A DNA stretch of 64,000 nucleotides from Balanoglossus misakiensis (lineage: Eukaryota; Animalia; Hemichordata), in NCBI GenBank assembly GCA_040954595.2, contig CM082576.2, forward strand, positions 17,841,028 through 17,905,027. The letters are read 5' to 3'. The stretch's first letter is position 1. Each line of letters starts with the position of its first letter. Shown here one piece after another: positions 24,537-38,109 of the stretch. Both the position numbers and the translations under genes were made by a program. A model generated the notes under the pieces. It was given only the letters and a program-made list of their open reading frames with translations. It ran no database searches and was not told the DNA's origin.

Positions 24537-26331
24537 GATGAACACTGAGGCCCTATGCCGTTTCATTGCATGGAGTCATGCTTCTTTTGATCACGAATAA
24601 ACGGAGTGGAGGTGATGGTGATGGTGCACATCGTAATATTGTCGAGATCGATTCGTCATCGGTTGACAAAAACATGAAGCCCTGTCAGTTTTGAGTGATG
24701 ATAATGACTATTTTGGTTGCTGTGTCGTGATGCTTGTCATGACAAGCTAGACTAGCCCGCTAGTCGGTTGGGGAATTTTGGAATCTCAATGCTTTGTGTG
24801 TGTTTGCGGTGATTTTTTGTCTTTATAAATAATCTCAATACTTTTTGTGTGCATGCTTGCCTTGAGCGAGTTTAATTATGGCAGTGAGGCGAGTTTCGAA
24901 TTTGGGACTGAGCTTGTGGTTTCGGCCTACGCATTTCCTAGACACGCGCGCTGAACTTTTTTTACTCCACACACACACATTACATAGGGAGACTCGGAAC
25001 ATTTTTTTAAAATGTATATATTACGAAATAACGAAGCCCATGCATGGACTTGGAGAAAGTCTAATAACAAGCCTAAATTTGAAGGACGTGATGTGATCAT
25101 ACTTTGGACACTTGTCATCGATTGGAAATGGTCACTGGTTTGAATTACCACAAGGAACGACAACACGGTTTTATCCAATTGTCATTTTGAGGGAATAGCA
25201 ACTCGTAACTATATACTCCCGGCCGTCCATTTAACCTAAGGACAAAAAGTCGCGAACTAACCAACCCACGACCCACCTCTTCCTGTGTTCATTGCAGAAC
25301 TTTCATATCGGAAACTTTTTGGTGACAATCCCACAAAAGTTGCAAGATTTCATAACGTTATTATGGTTGTAGAAATGATAACGAGCGGAAGATGAGGCAA
25401 TATCCTTATAGTTAATCGATCAAATAAAAGATTCAGGCTCCTCCTAAATACATGGTTATTGTCAGGGGAAATAATATATACTTGTCACAAAAAACTTAAA
25501 CCTCACTATGACTCCCTGACAAATATTTTGATGTTCTTAAAGCAATTAGGGTCCCTTAACTGAAGGGGTGTTCAGTTGAGGGTCCCCAAGGAATTCTAGC
25601 CCAAACGTACTTCATGGGCTCTGACATGACAGGCCCTCACTGGAACACAGTCGTTCGAGGCGCCCTCTATCGCTCGATAGAGAGCTCACTTCCAGCTTGA
25701 ATATTCTCGCACATCAAATGTGACAATACTTTATTTCTCGCAATTAGATAGCGAGAAAATATTGTTCAGCGACTGGAAGCCAGATTTCTATTTATCGCAG
25801 ATGTAATTTAAGAAAATACATTTATCGCACATTGATGGCGGGGAAAGTGATGTGTCGTTCGATTCTCACCGATAGCGAGGGATATTGAATTTATCGCCAA
25901 ATACTCTCATATCCCCCGTAGTGATAACTGAACCCGTGTTTTCCCCACAGCTGCAGAACTTGTCTCCAGTACATACAGACCTCTCTCTATCGCTATTTGT
26001 AATGTTAGCATGCTTCTAGGCGCTTTATTAACAGGGGGCATCTCCGTGTATGCAGAGGGTGACTGGTGGAAAATACAACTGGCCATAAGCTTACTCAGTC
26101 TTATATATATTCCCTACTACTGGTAAGTATTGTGGTTACATCGAATATTAACACGTGCACTGCCAATGTTCTCATAAATTCATTTATAATATACCTCATG
26201 CTAATACTGTGTCGTGATTCGCCAGAATCCGTCACGTGATGGGAAAATTGAATCGACTATGATTCCCTAGGGAAATAGCAGAAAAAATATAAACCTATGG
26301 AAAGCCACAGCTGTCTTAAGTCCATTGTTAC

Positions 26332-27350
26332 CATTATACGACGCTCATACATCTTTATACAATGTGCATTCATCATTATACGATGCTCATACATCATTAT
26401 ACGCTGTTCGTACATCATTATACGACACTCGTACATCATTATACAATGTGCATATATCATTATACGATGGGCATACAACATTATATGCTGGTCGTACATC
26501 TTTATACAACGCTCATACATGATTATACGCTGCTTGTACATCATTATAGGACACTCGTACATCATTATACAATGTGCATATATCATTATATGCTGGTCGT
26601 ACATCATTATACGACGTTGATACATCATTATACGCTGCTCGTACATCATTATACAACACTCGTACATCATTATACAACGCTCGTACATCATTATACAATG
26701 TGCATATATCATTATACGATGTGCATACAACATTATATGCTGGTCGTACATCTTTATACAATGTGCATACAACATTATACGCTGGTCGTACTTCATTATA
26801 CGATGCTCATACATCACTATACAATGTGCGATCACTATACGCTGTGCATACATCATAAAATGACGCTCATACATCATTATACAATGTACATACATCATTA
26901 TACACTGCCCATACATCATTATACAATGTGCATACAACATTATACGCTGGTCGTACTTCATTATACGATGCTCATACATCACTATACAATGTGCGATCAC
27001 TATACGCTGTGCATACATCATAAAATGACGCTCATACATCATTATACAATGTACATACATAATTATACACTGCCCATACATCATTATACGCTGTGCATAC
27101 AACATTATACGCTGGTCGTACATCATTATACGACGCTCATACATCATTATACAATGTGCATACGCCATCATACGCTGTGCATACATCATTATACGTCGCT
27201 TATTCACCATGATACTATGTGCATACATCATTATGCGCTGTGCATACATTTTTATACGACGCTCATACATCATTATACAATGTTCATACAACATTATATG
27301 CTGGTCGTACATCATTATATGCTGATCATGCACCATGATATGATGCTTGT
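26332..27350. repeat. Left subterminal 21-bp minisatellite array of the IS3EU element
   Basis: Units such as ATACATCATTATACGCTGTGC / ATACATCATTATACAATGTGC repeated for ~1 kb directly inside the TIR. Confidence 0.9.
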
Positions 27351-27507
27351 TCATTACATTACAGCAGAGACACCTTTATTGCAGGCTGTTTGTTAACTGG
27401 TTCCTAACAGTGTATTTACGATAGAGGGCATGTATTCTGATCAGCTGTTTCTATCGGCCATTTTGGATGTCAAGTATTTGATTTGTAAGTCTTCACAATT
27501 TGGCAAA

Positions 27508-28872
27508 ATGGCATCGTCTCCTATGTCCACCATACTGCAGCGACTGAATTTGAGCAACCTTACTGGAGTGTTTGAAAGGGAGAGGATCACTCCAGATATT
27601 GTTGGTAAGCTATCCAGCTGGGAAATGGAGTCCCTTGGAGTGGTTAATCCTGGAGACAGAATGGCTTTGAGCGTGACTTGTACCACCTATGGGATGCAAG
27701 TTCCACCTAAGGTTTGGGAAAGTGGGGGTGCACCACAGTTCATCATTCCCAAAGATATCCTGGAGAACCATTTAGATGAGGATTTTAGCATCTCTGAAAT
27801 AGCATCAATGATAGGAGTTTCAGAAAGTACCATTTACAGAAGAATGCGACAATATGGTCTTAGCAAGATGGACTTCACAGATATATCTGAAAGTAATCTT
27901 GATTCATATGTCATTGAATTGGCACGAGAGTTCCCATACTGTGGAGAGAGAATGCTAACTCACATTTTGAAGAATAGAGCAGGCATTAAAGTCCAGCGGA
28001 TGCGCCTCCGTGACAGTCTTCACAGAATTGACTCAGATGGTGTAGATGCAAGACGAAGGGGTCGTTTACATCGCAGAATATACAATGTTAAAGGACCAAA
28101 TCACTTGTGGCACATTGACACAAACCACAAGTTGATTAGGTGGCATTTTGTGGTAATTGGCGGTATTGATGGTTTTAGCCGTCTGCCAGTCATGCTTCAA
28201 TGTCGGGACAACAACAAGTCAGCTACTCTGTTACAGTGTTTCAAAAGTGCTGTAGGCGAATATGGCGTTCCAAGTAGGGTGCGCTCCGATCAGGGCATGG
28301 AGAATGTTGGCATAGCAGACTACATGATATTAAGCCGTGGGCCTAATAGGGGAAGCATGATCACAGGGAAAAGCGTACACAATCAAAGAATTGAGAGGCT
28401 GTGGAAAGATGTTTTTGAAGGTGTTCTTGCGTTATATTACCAGTTATTTTATTTTATGGAGGAGAAGGGTATTTTAGATATACTGAAGCCAAGCCATATA
28501 GCTGCACTTCACCATGTGTATTTATCTAGAATAAATCATAAATTAGAAATATGGAATAACGTATGGGCCAATCACAGAATGAGGACGACAAGAACATCAC
28601 CTCTGCGCTTATGGGTTTCCGGTCAGTTGCAGAACCCAGTTGGGATTGAGTTAGCTGCTGATGAAGTCACAGAATATGGCGTTACTGGCGTGATTCGTGA
28701 GGATGCTGATGAAGCAGATTCGAGACCTGTGATCGATGCACCATCATTTGAGTTAAATGAAGCCTGTACGGAAGAACTATATCGCACCATTCCACAAACA
28801 TGGACATCCAATAACTATGGTATTGAGAGGTACCTAGATGCACTATCCATAATTAATCATCACCATGATTAA
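27508..28872 (+). CDS. IS3EU transposase: N-terminal SAM-like domain, HTH, integrase-core DDE; single exon, intact (~454 aa; upstream ATG at 27430)
   Basis: SAM-like [46 protein letters not shown]; [29 protein letters not shown]; DDE motifs [37 protein letters not shown]. Confidence 0.9.
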   Translation: MASSPMSTILQRLNLSNLTGVFERERITPDIVGKLSSWEMESLGVVNPGDRMALSVTCTTYGMQVPPKVWESGGAPQFIIPKDILENHLDEDFSISEIASMIGVSESTIYRRMRQYGLSKMDFTDISESNLDSYVIELAREFPYCGERMLTHILKNRAGIKVQRMRLRDSLHRIDSDGVDARRRGRLHRRIYNVKGPNHLWHIDTNHKLIRWHFVVIGGIDGFSRLPVMLQCRDNNKSATLLQCFKSAVGEYGVPSRVRSDQGMENVGIADYMILSRGPNRGSMITGKSVHNQRIERLWKDVFEGVLALYYQLFYFMEEKGILDILKPSHIAALHHVYLSRINHKLEIWNNVWANHRMRTTRTSPLRLWVSGQLQNPVGIELAADEVTEYGVTGVIREDADEADSRPVIDAPSFELNEACTEELYRTIPQTWTSNNYGIERYLDALSIINHHHD

Positions 28873-29617
28873 TTCTGTTCGTTCTAGACTTAGAGCGGCA
28901 ATAGCTGTGATTTTGAACATTTTTTGGCACTAATAACACAGGAAATGTTTTATTAAAAATAAAAATCAGAGAAAACAGATCGATAGTTCAGTACAATTAT
29001 TGCTGCTTTAACATATGGAGCACTTAGAAAACAAACAGATACAATGTATCATTTGACAATGCATGTTTATTCAAAGAAAACATACACAACTTCTCGACAA
29101 CAATGAGTTTTACTAGCCAAATCCTCAAGGTCAAAACGAAATGACAACAACACCGGCGCCGCCGATAACACCAAGTTACGTGAATGAAAAAAACAGCTGA
29201 TCACTGGAAAGCAGGTCACTGCAGCGCAGATGCTCTATGGACTGCAATATTACTCTGAAGGGTCATCCATGTTTTTACTTTCGAAAATTAGACATGATTT
29301 TCTTTCAAAGCTAATGTCTGAGTCTACTGGTCGTATACACACAACGTGAATTAAAAAAGACCCAGTGTTTTGATATCTACAAAGACAGTTCAATGTTAAA
29401 AACTCTTAGTGTTAAATTCCCAATTGAACCCCTCTAATTTAATGGTATAGCCCTTACGCGGGCTGATATCACTAGGTGATACGGTCGACGTCAACCCACA
29501 AGTCAATCATAACAGTATGATTACGTCAATGAAAAGAACGGGAAATTTTAGATTTCTATCGTTTTCACTGCTTATTTCGGCGATTCCTAACGCAAACAGT
29601 CGAAGCATGTATGATAA

Positions 29618-29763
29618 AGGGGTTATTACACGAATTTTGGTCGATAATGCGACGCATTCTCGTGATGTCCGTATTTTGACTCGTTGCGCAGCGCAACTCG
29701 TCAAAATACGGACATCACTCGAATACGACGCGTTATCGACCAAAATTCATGTAATAACCCCTA
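29618..29763. repeat. ~145-bp near-perfect hairpin between the two IS3EU genes
   Basis: aggggttattacacgaattttggtcgataa...ttatcgaccaaaattcatgtaataacccct centred on gttgcgcagcgcaac. Confidence 0.8.
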
Positions 29764-29921
29764 ATTATAAAAATGAAACAGTAATTGTTAACGTTTGTCA
29801 GTTGGAACTTGTAACTTATACATGTAGTATAAAGCAACTAAACATATACCCCCAGTACTCAAATGGTTGCCATATTATGTATCCAATGCATAGAAGGAAA
29901 TCAAACCATACAGGCACCATG

Positions 29922-32900
29922 TCATACTCTACCAAAATGTCTAGTGGTAAATGCATAATCATACATCTCATGCATCCTATCTACTGACAATAGGTCATGC
30001 TCAAGAGTGGGTCTCGGTAGCTTCAATAAATTGATGCAAGTATCTGACGTTGGAATAAAAGATATTTCATATGGAATAAATTCAATACTTGGTGCAGTTC
30101 CAAACCCTAACACTGGTTCTTGCTCTGTTCCCGTTGTAAAGACAAGTACATCTTCAAGTGTGACTTATCCTCTTCTATTACCTTTTAGAGAAAAATATGC
30201 ATTGTTGTCATGAATCATGAAGTTGACCATACATTGCCATAAGGGACCGTTCAGTTTTTACGGCTGGGGGGGGGGGCGGCAAGTTTGTGTCACCGGTTTT
30301 CAAAATCAGGCCGACCCCCCCTTCACCCATGACCAAAAATTGATGACCCCCCCCCCCTTTGACAGACCCAAAAATATGATGACCCCCCCCCCCACGGCCA
30401 AAACATTCGCCGTCCTGATCCTATGTACACTGTATGCAATAAAGGGAATGAGGCTCCTCACACCTCAATTCTAAAGTATTATTGAAGTATATCGTTGCAA
30501 CAAAGAAATCTATGAACAAATTAAAATGAGAAGTCACTACAATAGTTGCTAGAATTGGTAAAACAAGAAAAGTGGCGGGGGTGGGCGTGGGAGGGGGAAA
30601 ATTTTGTAAAATTAGGTGCTCAAAGTTGCATTTTAATGAACTCAAAAACAAATTAACTCAATGTTAGGGAGGACAAATTTTAATTTTGCCACTCCATTCA
30701 AAGTAAGCATCGGGGGTGGGGTGGCAATTTAGACTCTGCCCTGGTACACTAGACAAACCAGCAAAAAATGAAATGTGGCGGAGAATGAAGGGGGTGGGTG
30801 GGTTAGAAAATTTTGTAAAAAAAAGGGCGCGAAACTGCAATTTTGTGGACTCAAATGCAAAAGTTCGGTGGCAAAAGTATGTGACCCCCCCTAAACAGAT
30901 GACCCCCCCCCCTTTTGGACTTCAAAATTTGAGTGACCCCCCCCCCCGGCCGTAAAAACTGAACGGTCCCTAAACCATGAAAGTTATATTTTAACCCATT
31001 GATATAGCCAAGACATTACTTACTTGCAACTTCACGAAGATATTTGTTGAATACTGCATATACTTGGCCTTCATATCTTCTATCATTAGAACCATTCTCA
31101 CTGAACGATGGTGTTAGCATTGCCTTTAGCCTTGGCAAAGTGAGTTTTGAGGATGTATTTTCACGCAGAAGATGCTGGAATGTAGGCAGCTCTATACACA
31201 TCTGTATTAAGTAATATATAGTGTGTAATATATGTGTATTAATACACTTCTCTTGTAGACACACAAAAAACATGACAATGGAAGCAAACCATATACAATG
31301 TAATAAAGTTCATGTTTATGTTCTCAGTCTGACAATAATATAGAGAGACTTCAATATGAACACTGATTACAATCACCCCACAAAAGCACTAGAGATTGTA
31401 TTTAGTACTCCCATTGTGATATACATGTATTGTGACAGTATACTACTACCGGTAGTAGTGTTGTTTAAAATTCCAGTACTATAATGTTTTTTTAATGAAT
31501 TCTGACCAAGACATGAATGGAAAAGTTGGCTAAGTAATATCAGATACATGTAGATAAGGTATGCAATACCTCAGTTTGTAGTTTCAACACTTTGTTAAAA
31601 GGTGATTTTTGACCGTGTATGAAGTGAGTTATTTACATCTGTCCTATATCTTATATGGACCAAACCAAAATTTTACCAAAATACAAGAAATTATGGTGGA
31701 AATCAGTTTATGAATAAGCCAATTACTACCAGTTAAAATGCATGGACTGATGCTAAAAAGTGATTGTTCTATACATTACATATGTTAACAGTGTACATGT
31801 TCATAGAATCCTACCCTATATTTATTAAACTATGAAACTATTCAATTCTATTTAATATCCAAATTACCCTAATTAAAATAAACCAATTTGCATAAAAAAT
31901 AATCAAATCTTGTATTTGTTGCATTTGTCTTTTTTTTATATTCTAAGCAAGATTTTCGTACTGACAGACATCCATGACATAAGACATGGTGGCTATTAAC
32001 CACTAAAGCTGTTATAACTCAATAATCTATAAATAGTTGTTTAAACTCACCTTATGTATCCCTAATTTGTTTAGGCCTTCCTTTAATTTCTCCAGACATG
32101 GATTTAATGACACTAAGCCTGTAGAGAACAGCTCTGATAAGACATCGGCACCTAGGAATTGAGGCAATACTCCATTCTGCAATATGCTCACAGCTATAAG
32201 AATCAATAATTTAAGTTACATTTTGAAGAGCTCCTGTGTGAGTTGCGAGAAGTTCAGTCTAACGAGTCATATAACATGAACCCATGTGTATGTCTTGATT
32301 GCCATTCGTGAACTAATTTAACATGCAATTTGTCCACACAATACTCGTAGATAAGCATTAGTCATGCATATTCCATGTTTGAATGGGTTTTGGCATTGGC
32401 ATGAATCAACTTCGAACCAAAGAAAGTTTAGAAAGAACTCCCGTGTTCTGAGGGAATCGCAATAGTAAAAGCAATTTGATCCACAGTATTAAAATTTACA
32501 ATACAAACAGAAATTCCTACATAACCCCTACATGTGCATAATCCCAGAATACCAATAAGTATACCAGCTAACAGCTGAAAATTGGCTAATTTAGGTTTGT
32601 CTTATTGAAATTTCTAGAGCTATCAGTGGAGCAGCTAATAAATTGCAATTTATTATGCAAATTAGATAATTAATATGCACTGGTGTCAACCAAAAAGTAT
32701 AATCAGATCTTCGCATTTTCCAAATGCATCTGTGTATCAAGTTTCATTGGAATCTGTTGAACGGTGCATGAGATATCAATGGAACAGCTAAGAATTGGCT
32801 AAGAATGGCTGGCATGTCATAACAGCAGAAGTAAAAAAGGATGTCCATATGAACATGCCAGAACAAAAAATATCTTACCTAAGATCTGACCAACAGTCAC

Positions 32901-35900
32901 GTAATCATCACAGAGGTGGTCTTTTAAGCCATTGTCAAAATATTTCTCTTTCAATATCCTTAACATTGAATTCAAAAATTCTTTACGTGGACCGCCATAG
33001 TCCTTTGCTCTCTGTGTGAAATTAATAATATAAATATTGATGTTAGTATATGGTAATAGATTAATCATTTTAAGGCAATAAAAATCCATTCAAATGTTTT
33101 TCTTTATTTCAAATTACCTCTCCATAAAAGTCTACTTCAAGCGTTGTTCGTAGTTGCCGTATAGACAAGGCAGACATTTCATCAAAACCAGTTGATGAAA
33201 GGCACAGTCTGTCAACGCTAATCACAGTTGTATCGCCTTCGTCACACTGATCCATTGCTTTGATTTCCAGAGCTCTACCAATGATCATTTTAGCTTGATA
33301 GTACCGGAGAATCTCCACAGGGTTTTCTATACTATGCTCCTTACAGTAATCAACAGTTTCTATAACAATAGCTTCCACTTTCCTCTTTTCTGCATCATCT
33401 CCCACTTCATCTTCTTCATCGACCACCTACAATGGGCAAAACAAGATTAATAATTTAACATAAGTTAGGAAATGTCTATATACCATATTTGGTCCAACAA
33501 AGATCAATAATGATATACAATCTGTCAATGTATATAAAAATGACTGCCCATATATTTTCCTTGTTTTAAACTGGACTGATTAGGGAGTTTGTGTACATTT
33601 TCTGTACCTTTTTGGCAGACATCCGTGCATATTAATTTTCACCTAAAATTGCTTTTTTGAGACCACAAAAATATGTAATGGCACATGTAACAAAATTAAC
33701 AAAAAACAACATTTTCAACTTGATTTTTTTACAATTTACCAGTTAGTGGCCCAAAAAAAGGAAACTCACAGGAAAACAAATAATTAAACACTTACAAAAT
33801 TGTCTCGCTCCATTTCCACATTTATATCAGAATTGGTCTGATTTTCATCAGATACAGCAGTAGCTGTAATATAATCATTCCTGAAAGAAAGAAGATGGTC
33901 CTCTTTTCAGTGTCATATTCTCTATGTTATTATTAAATTATATGTAGAAACGTCCATAAAATTATATGTCACAGAAACAGACGACTAGAACTTGGGTGCT
34001 TCCATTGTGGCAAGAATTTTAAAAGAAATTCATTTGTGCCCACATATACAGATCTGATGGTTTATATGTTAAAAGTTAAAACGGTGTAATCTAATATTGG
34101 ATGAATATCCTGACTGTACATAGCGTATTTACCCTATTAGTAACGCATGCTCTTTCGAAATGGCAGAGGTTTGTTTATGGTCAAAACAAGTCTTGTTTTA
34201 ATAAGTCAGTATACAATAAATGCAACTGTTGGCTTACATGTACTTGGATTTTAGATGCGCTTCTAACGGAGCAAATACGGCATACTTAAAGGGAGTAGAT
34301 CGTCACATACGCATGGATTCACTGTAGCCTCTGGTTACGGCAGGTAAACATTCAATCCCATAATTCCGTACGAATATCAAACTCTATAAAATGGCCACCA
34401 AACTACTCGCTAAAACTAGTAAAAGCCTTACTTGGGTATTCTTACACTGTTTGGAATGAAAAATAACTCATAAAATATGACCACCATTCAAATTCCGAAT
34501 TTGCAGCACAAATTTCAGTGAGAGAAGCCTGTGTACCGCACGATGTCCAGCACGGAGATCATCTGTCCAGTCGCTGCAGCACGCAATCGCTTCGAACAGT
34601 GGTTGACATTGGACATGACAACGCAAGCGACAGAAACAGCCGTACGGCCCACACTCTTCTATGTCAGTGTCTAAACGTAACTATGCAGTATATCGAGCAG
34701 GCCCTATGGCCCAAGTACAACATGTACCGCTCACTGTGGTCGTACACTGCCTCCAACACCGTGGAGGCCTAGCTCCGCGTGGCAGGGCTGTGTGTGTTAC
34801 GGCATCGCCGTAACACACACAGCTCTGCCACTACGTGGAGGCCATGTAACGCCTGGAACACACAGACCTGTACACAGGGCTAGCCGTTACCACTGTTCAT
34901 AAGATATTGTCCTTGAACGATACTAACATGCCGTTTGGCCATGGGTAACAATACAAAATGGCCCTACAATGAAGACGGTTCCACCAAGCTGCGAACGACA
35001 AAAGGTCCACCCAGGCAGTGTATATCGCGCGCAGAACACCAGGGGCAGCGATAATTGCTAGCAATTGCTCGGGTGCGGATATAGGCCTACATGAAGCCAA
35101 GAGACAGTTGCTGTCACTAAGGCAGCTCAGCGCAGCGATGATTTATGTGTTTGAGCGTCTCCGTGCCAGCCAAAACAAATATTGTAAAAGATTAATACAT
35201 CGACAAAGATTGAGCTAAGGTTTATACCACGGGATGCTTTTAGTTGGTAGTGAAGTCGACTTTGTTGCGGGGCCGTCTTTGGTGTGGGCCGTTTTCATTG
35301 CGAGCCATTTTCTCTCGTATACGCTACGTACTACAGGGGCATACATGTACATATCATCATAAAATTGTGCCGCAAATACAGGCGCACCGTCAAAAATACA
35401 CAAAACTTTCCAAGTGAGCTGTTCAATAGTGGGCGGTTTGTCACTAAAAGAATCATTTGGGTTCAAGATCAACTTCAGTGTGAATCTTTTAAAATAGCAC
35501 AGGGCCGATTGCCGAAACCTGGATGGCAGGGCTGTGTGTCTTACACCCGATGCCTCCACACCACAGCCCTGCTCACTCCCAAAGGCAAAGCTGGCAATTC
35601 CCAGCCGATTTGTTGCGCAATGGTTTCGACTGGAATTTCCGTCTGTGAACCAAAATTCACGCACCAATCGCCATTACCAAGCACACCTGATTCATACGGG
35701 ACAACGAAGCGCCCCAAAACGCCTAACAACTTGTACAATGGCCCCTTTTTGAACTTTATGCGAGGAAGACGCAGCCATCTTGAATCTCGCTCGCACACTA
35801 GCTATACAGTGCATTATGGGTAAAAATCATGTTTATCAACAAAGGATAAAAATAGGAAAATCTACCCCCCTTCAACCTATTTAATTTTACTGTACTACAC

Positions 35901-37953
35901 ACTATATTTTAGACTACACTAACAAATGAGTATAATCCCAGTTATAATGCAAAAAGTTAGTTCAGTGAATTAGCATGAACTGAAATTGCTCAGGTGTTGC
36001 AATGATATTGCACCATCTGGACAATGTTGATTGTCATTATATTTACAACTGTTCTTGTATTTACATTTTCTGATGGAATAAATTTCATTCATCATATGCA
36101 AATTAAATGGCAACATAACCAAATCAAATAAGATTATGTATTTTATTATGATGCCATGGGAACATGCACAGAAAGTGAAAGGCCAGAAACTGGCTCAAGT
36201 CAGCAGGTCACAGGAATTTGAAATTGTTGTTGTTGAAAGAAATATACAAGCCAAAACGAAATTATGCTGGCGGTTCCTGACTTCTGCCTGACTTCAGGAG
36301 CATAGCTGTATCAATGTGCCAAATGTAATTGAAAATGGTATTAATACTTACACATGTACCGGTACATGATCAGCAACCTCACTCATAGATTCAACAGCTG
36401 CCTATAAAATGAAATAATATTGGAAGTAAGCTACATATCATAAACTATGTATGTACAGTGTATTATCACAAGCACCAAAACTGACCAAAATGTTCACCAA
36501 AACTAGATGCTAGCATATACATGCATGTATCCCCCAACCCATTGCTCATTTGCATATATCAGAATATGAATCTAGAGCAGATGCTTTTGGGTAAATATTG
36601 GTAAATACTGACTTACAAAGACAGCATTAATTCTAACATGTTGGTTATGTTCATCCCTACAATACAAACATGAATGAACACACCAAAATAGTTTGAGAGA
36701 ATGAGTTGTTTTCACCAAAAATACACGAGTATTCCAAATTTTCTTTTCTCATTGCTCACAGTTGCAATTTCTTTCTTGATGATAACGAGTTATCAATCGT
36801 TTTTTCACAAAATGTTCATAGTCCCCCCCCCCTCCACCCACCCAGATTTTCAAATTAGAAAAAAACATACATAAATAAATATTAAACATGGGGTTGGGCT
36901 TATTGTTATTGTTAAGTTTGGTGTTTATATGCATGCAATGTAAAACCCCCGTATTCTTGGGTTGCACGACGCAATGTTACCATGGATAAGATTCGAATTA
37001 GCGGCCATTTTTGCAAAATATACTGACAACACCAGTAAGATCGAACGTTATTAGGCGCAGTGTCTGCCAGTGACGTCACGTGCAAGCCAAGAATTTCTAA
37101 AATACTGTTATATGTTCACACTTACCCCTACATCTTCATCTGAATCAGATAAACATTTACATGTCCACATGTGATCACGTAATTCCCGTACATCAATAAG
37201 TTGATTGCACCCTTGGCACTTTTCTGTAACACTTGACGAAATTCCAATGGATGATATTGGCTTTGTTGACAGGTTTCGTTGTATAGGCCTCAAATAAATC
37301 TTAGACTGTGAGCCTAAATTAGCCTTCAGATCAGGTATTGACCAGTCACAGCTTATTACAGACAGATTACGTGAGTTAGGTTGACACTGCAGTAGTTCAA
37401 ATCCACCGGCATCTTTCAATTGAGAATATCCAGCCATATCATTGTCATCATCTTTCGCAGATGACAAGGTATCCAAGAACTCCCCCTGAGAACACGAAGC
37501 ATCAAATTTGATCTTTTTTGGCCCTAACCCAGCACGATGTAAAACTTGACGTTCGGCAGATGTTGGAACTTTAAAGGCATGCCTGTCCGACAAACAAACA
37601 AAATTTCCTGTCCATGTACGCTTCGGTTGATTGACCGTGCCACTCCGGCGCGTGCCTGTCCTAGGTCTACATCCCCTTGGTGCCATTCTCGGGTTAAAAA
37701 GCACACTTCTTTCTTCTCGAACAGCGCTGGCCATACTGTCATTCCTGGTAGTAGACTCACCGGTTCCGATCGTACTTATACTTGTAGCCGTTTTACACAG
37801 GTCACGGATGCGAACGCGATCCCCCAATGTTGAAACTCCCAGTCTAGTTAATTCACCATCAGTCATGGAAAGAACCGTTGAAGGATCCACTCGTTCGTCT
37901 AGGAAACGCTGTAAGAGCGCTGGAAGTTCGAGCTTAGTCAAGATACTTTCCAT
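29922..37953 (-). CDS. Transposon-borne SAM-(Ubl-like)-C2HC Zn finger-HECT E3 ubiquitin ligase (G2E3-like HECT). Exons: 37953-37126, [unresolved linker exons], 33880-33796, 33426-33118, 33011-32879, 32193-32051, 31201-31024, 30181-29922. In-frame TAA at 30167-30165
   Basis: SAM MESILTKLELPALLQRFLDERVDPSTVLSMTDGELTRLGVSTLGDRVRIRDLC; CQGC..DHMWTC finger; HECT motifs LEVDFYGE-AKDYGGPRKEFL, AVSILQNG, TLEDVLVFTTG..EPVLGF..PSIEF..PTSDTCINLLKLP. Splice phases are consistent across the last five exons. Confidence 0.8.
30243..30970. mobile_element. PIF/Harbinger-like MITE in the last intron of the HECT gene
   Basis: TAA TSD (30240-30242, 30971-30973); TIR GGGACCGTTCAGTTTTTACGGC / GCCGTAAAAACTGAACGGTCCC; partial copy at 50729-50858. 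Confidence 0.8.
34290..35871. mobile_element. Possible old TTAA-type non-autonomous insertion in a HECT gene intron
   Basis: ttaa|AGGGAGTAGAT at the left; degenerate ATCTACCCCCCT|tcaa at the right; GC-richer interior than the surrounding intron. Confidence 0.35.
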
Positions 37954-38109
37954 TCTGACTGGGTCAAACACTCAGATCATAAACAAATATGGCGCATGCA
38001 TGTTACGTATTTAAGTATGTTGCGCCCTCTTTGACAGAATTGCGGTTAGGCATAGCATATCATAATGACATGTCCGCATAGTATAAAGCCAAACGCGCGC
38101 CGTATGTTG

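Noticed and set aside
26332-27350. CRISPR-like array
   Set aside because: Contiguous tandem units without unique spacers, no cas genes, eukaryotic context. The same applies to 63332-64000.
26257-27396. Long Met/Tyr/His-rich ORFs (365 aa, 344 aa) and similar ORFs at 38046-38586
   Set aside because: Translations of the 21-bp subterminal minisatellite, open in several frames on both strands.
27430-28872. LTR retrotransposon integrase or bacterial IS3 contamination
   Set aside because: No gag/RT/RNaseH or LTRs. The element has TIRs and a TSD inside an animal gene duplicate and carries a spliceosomal-intron gene.
34518-35823. Cluster of 70-180 aa ORFs on both strands
   Set aside because: Overlapping, motif-free ORFs in a GC-richer intronic insertion; probably chance.
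29922-37953. Host G2E3 orthologue
   Set aside because: Lacks the N-terminal PHD/RING cluster of G2E3, has SAM instead, and lies inside TIRs with a TSD and a paralogous empty site.
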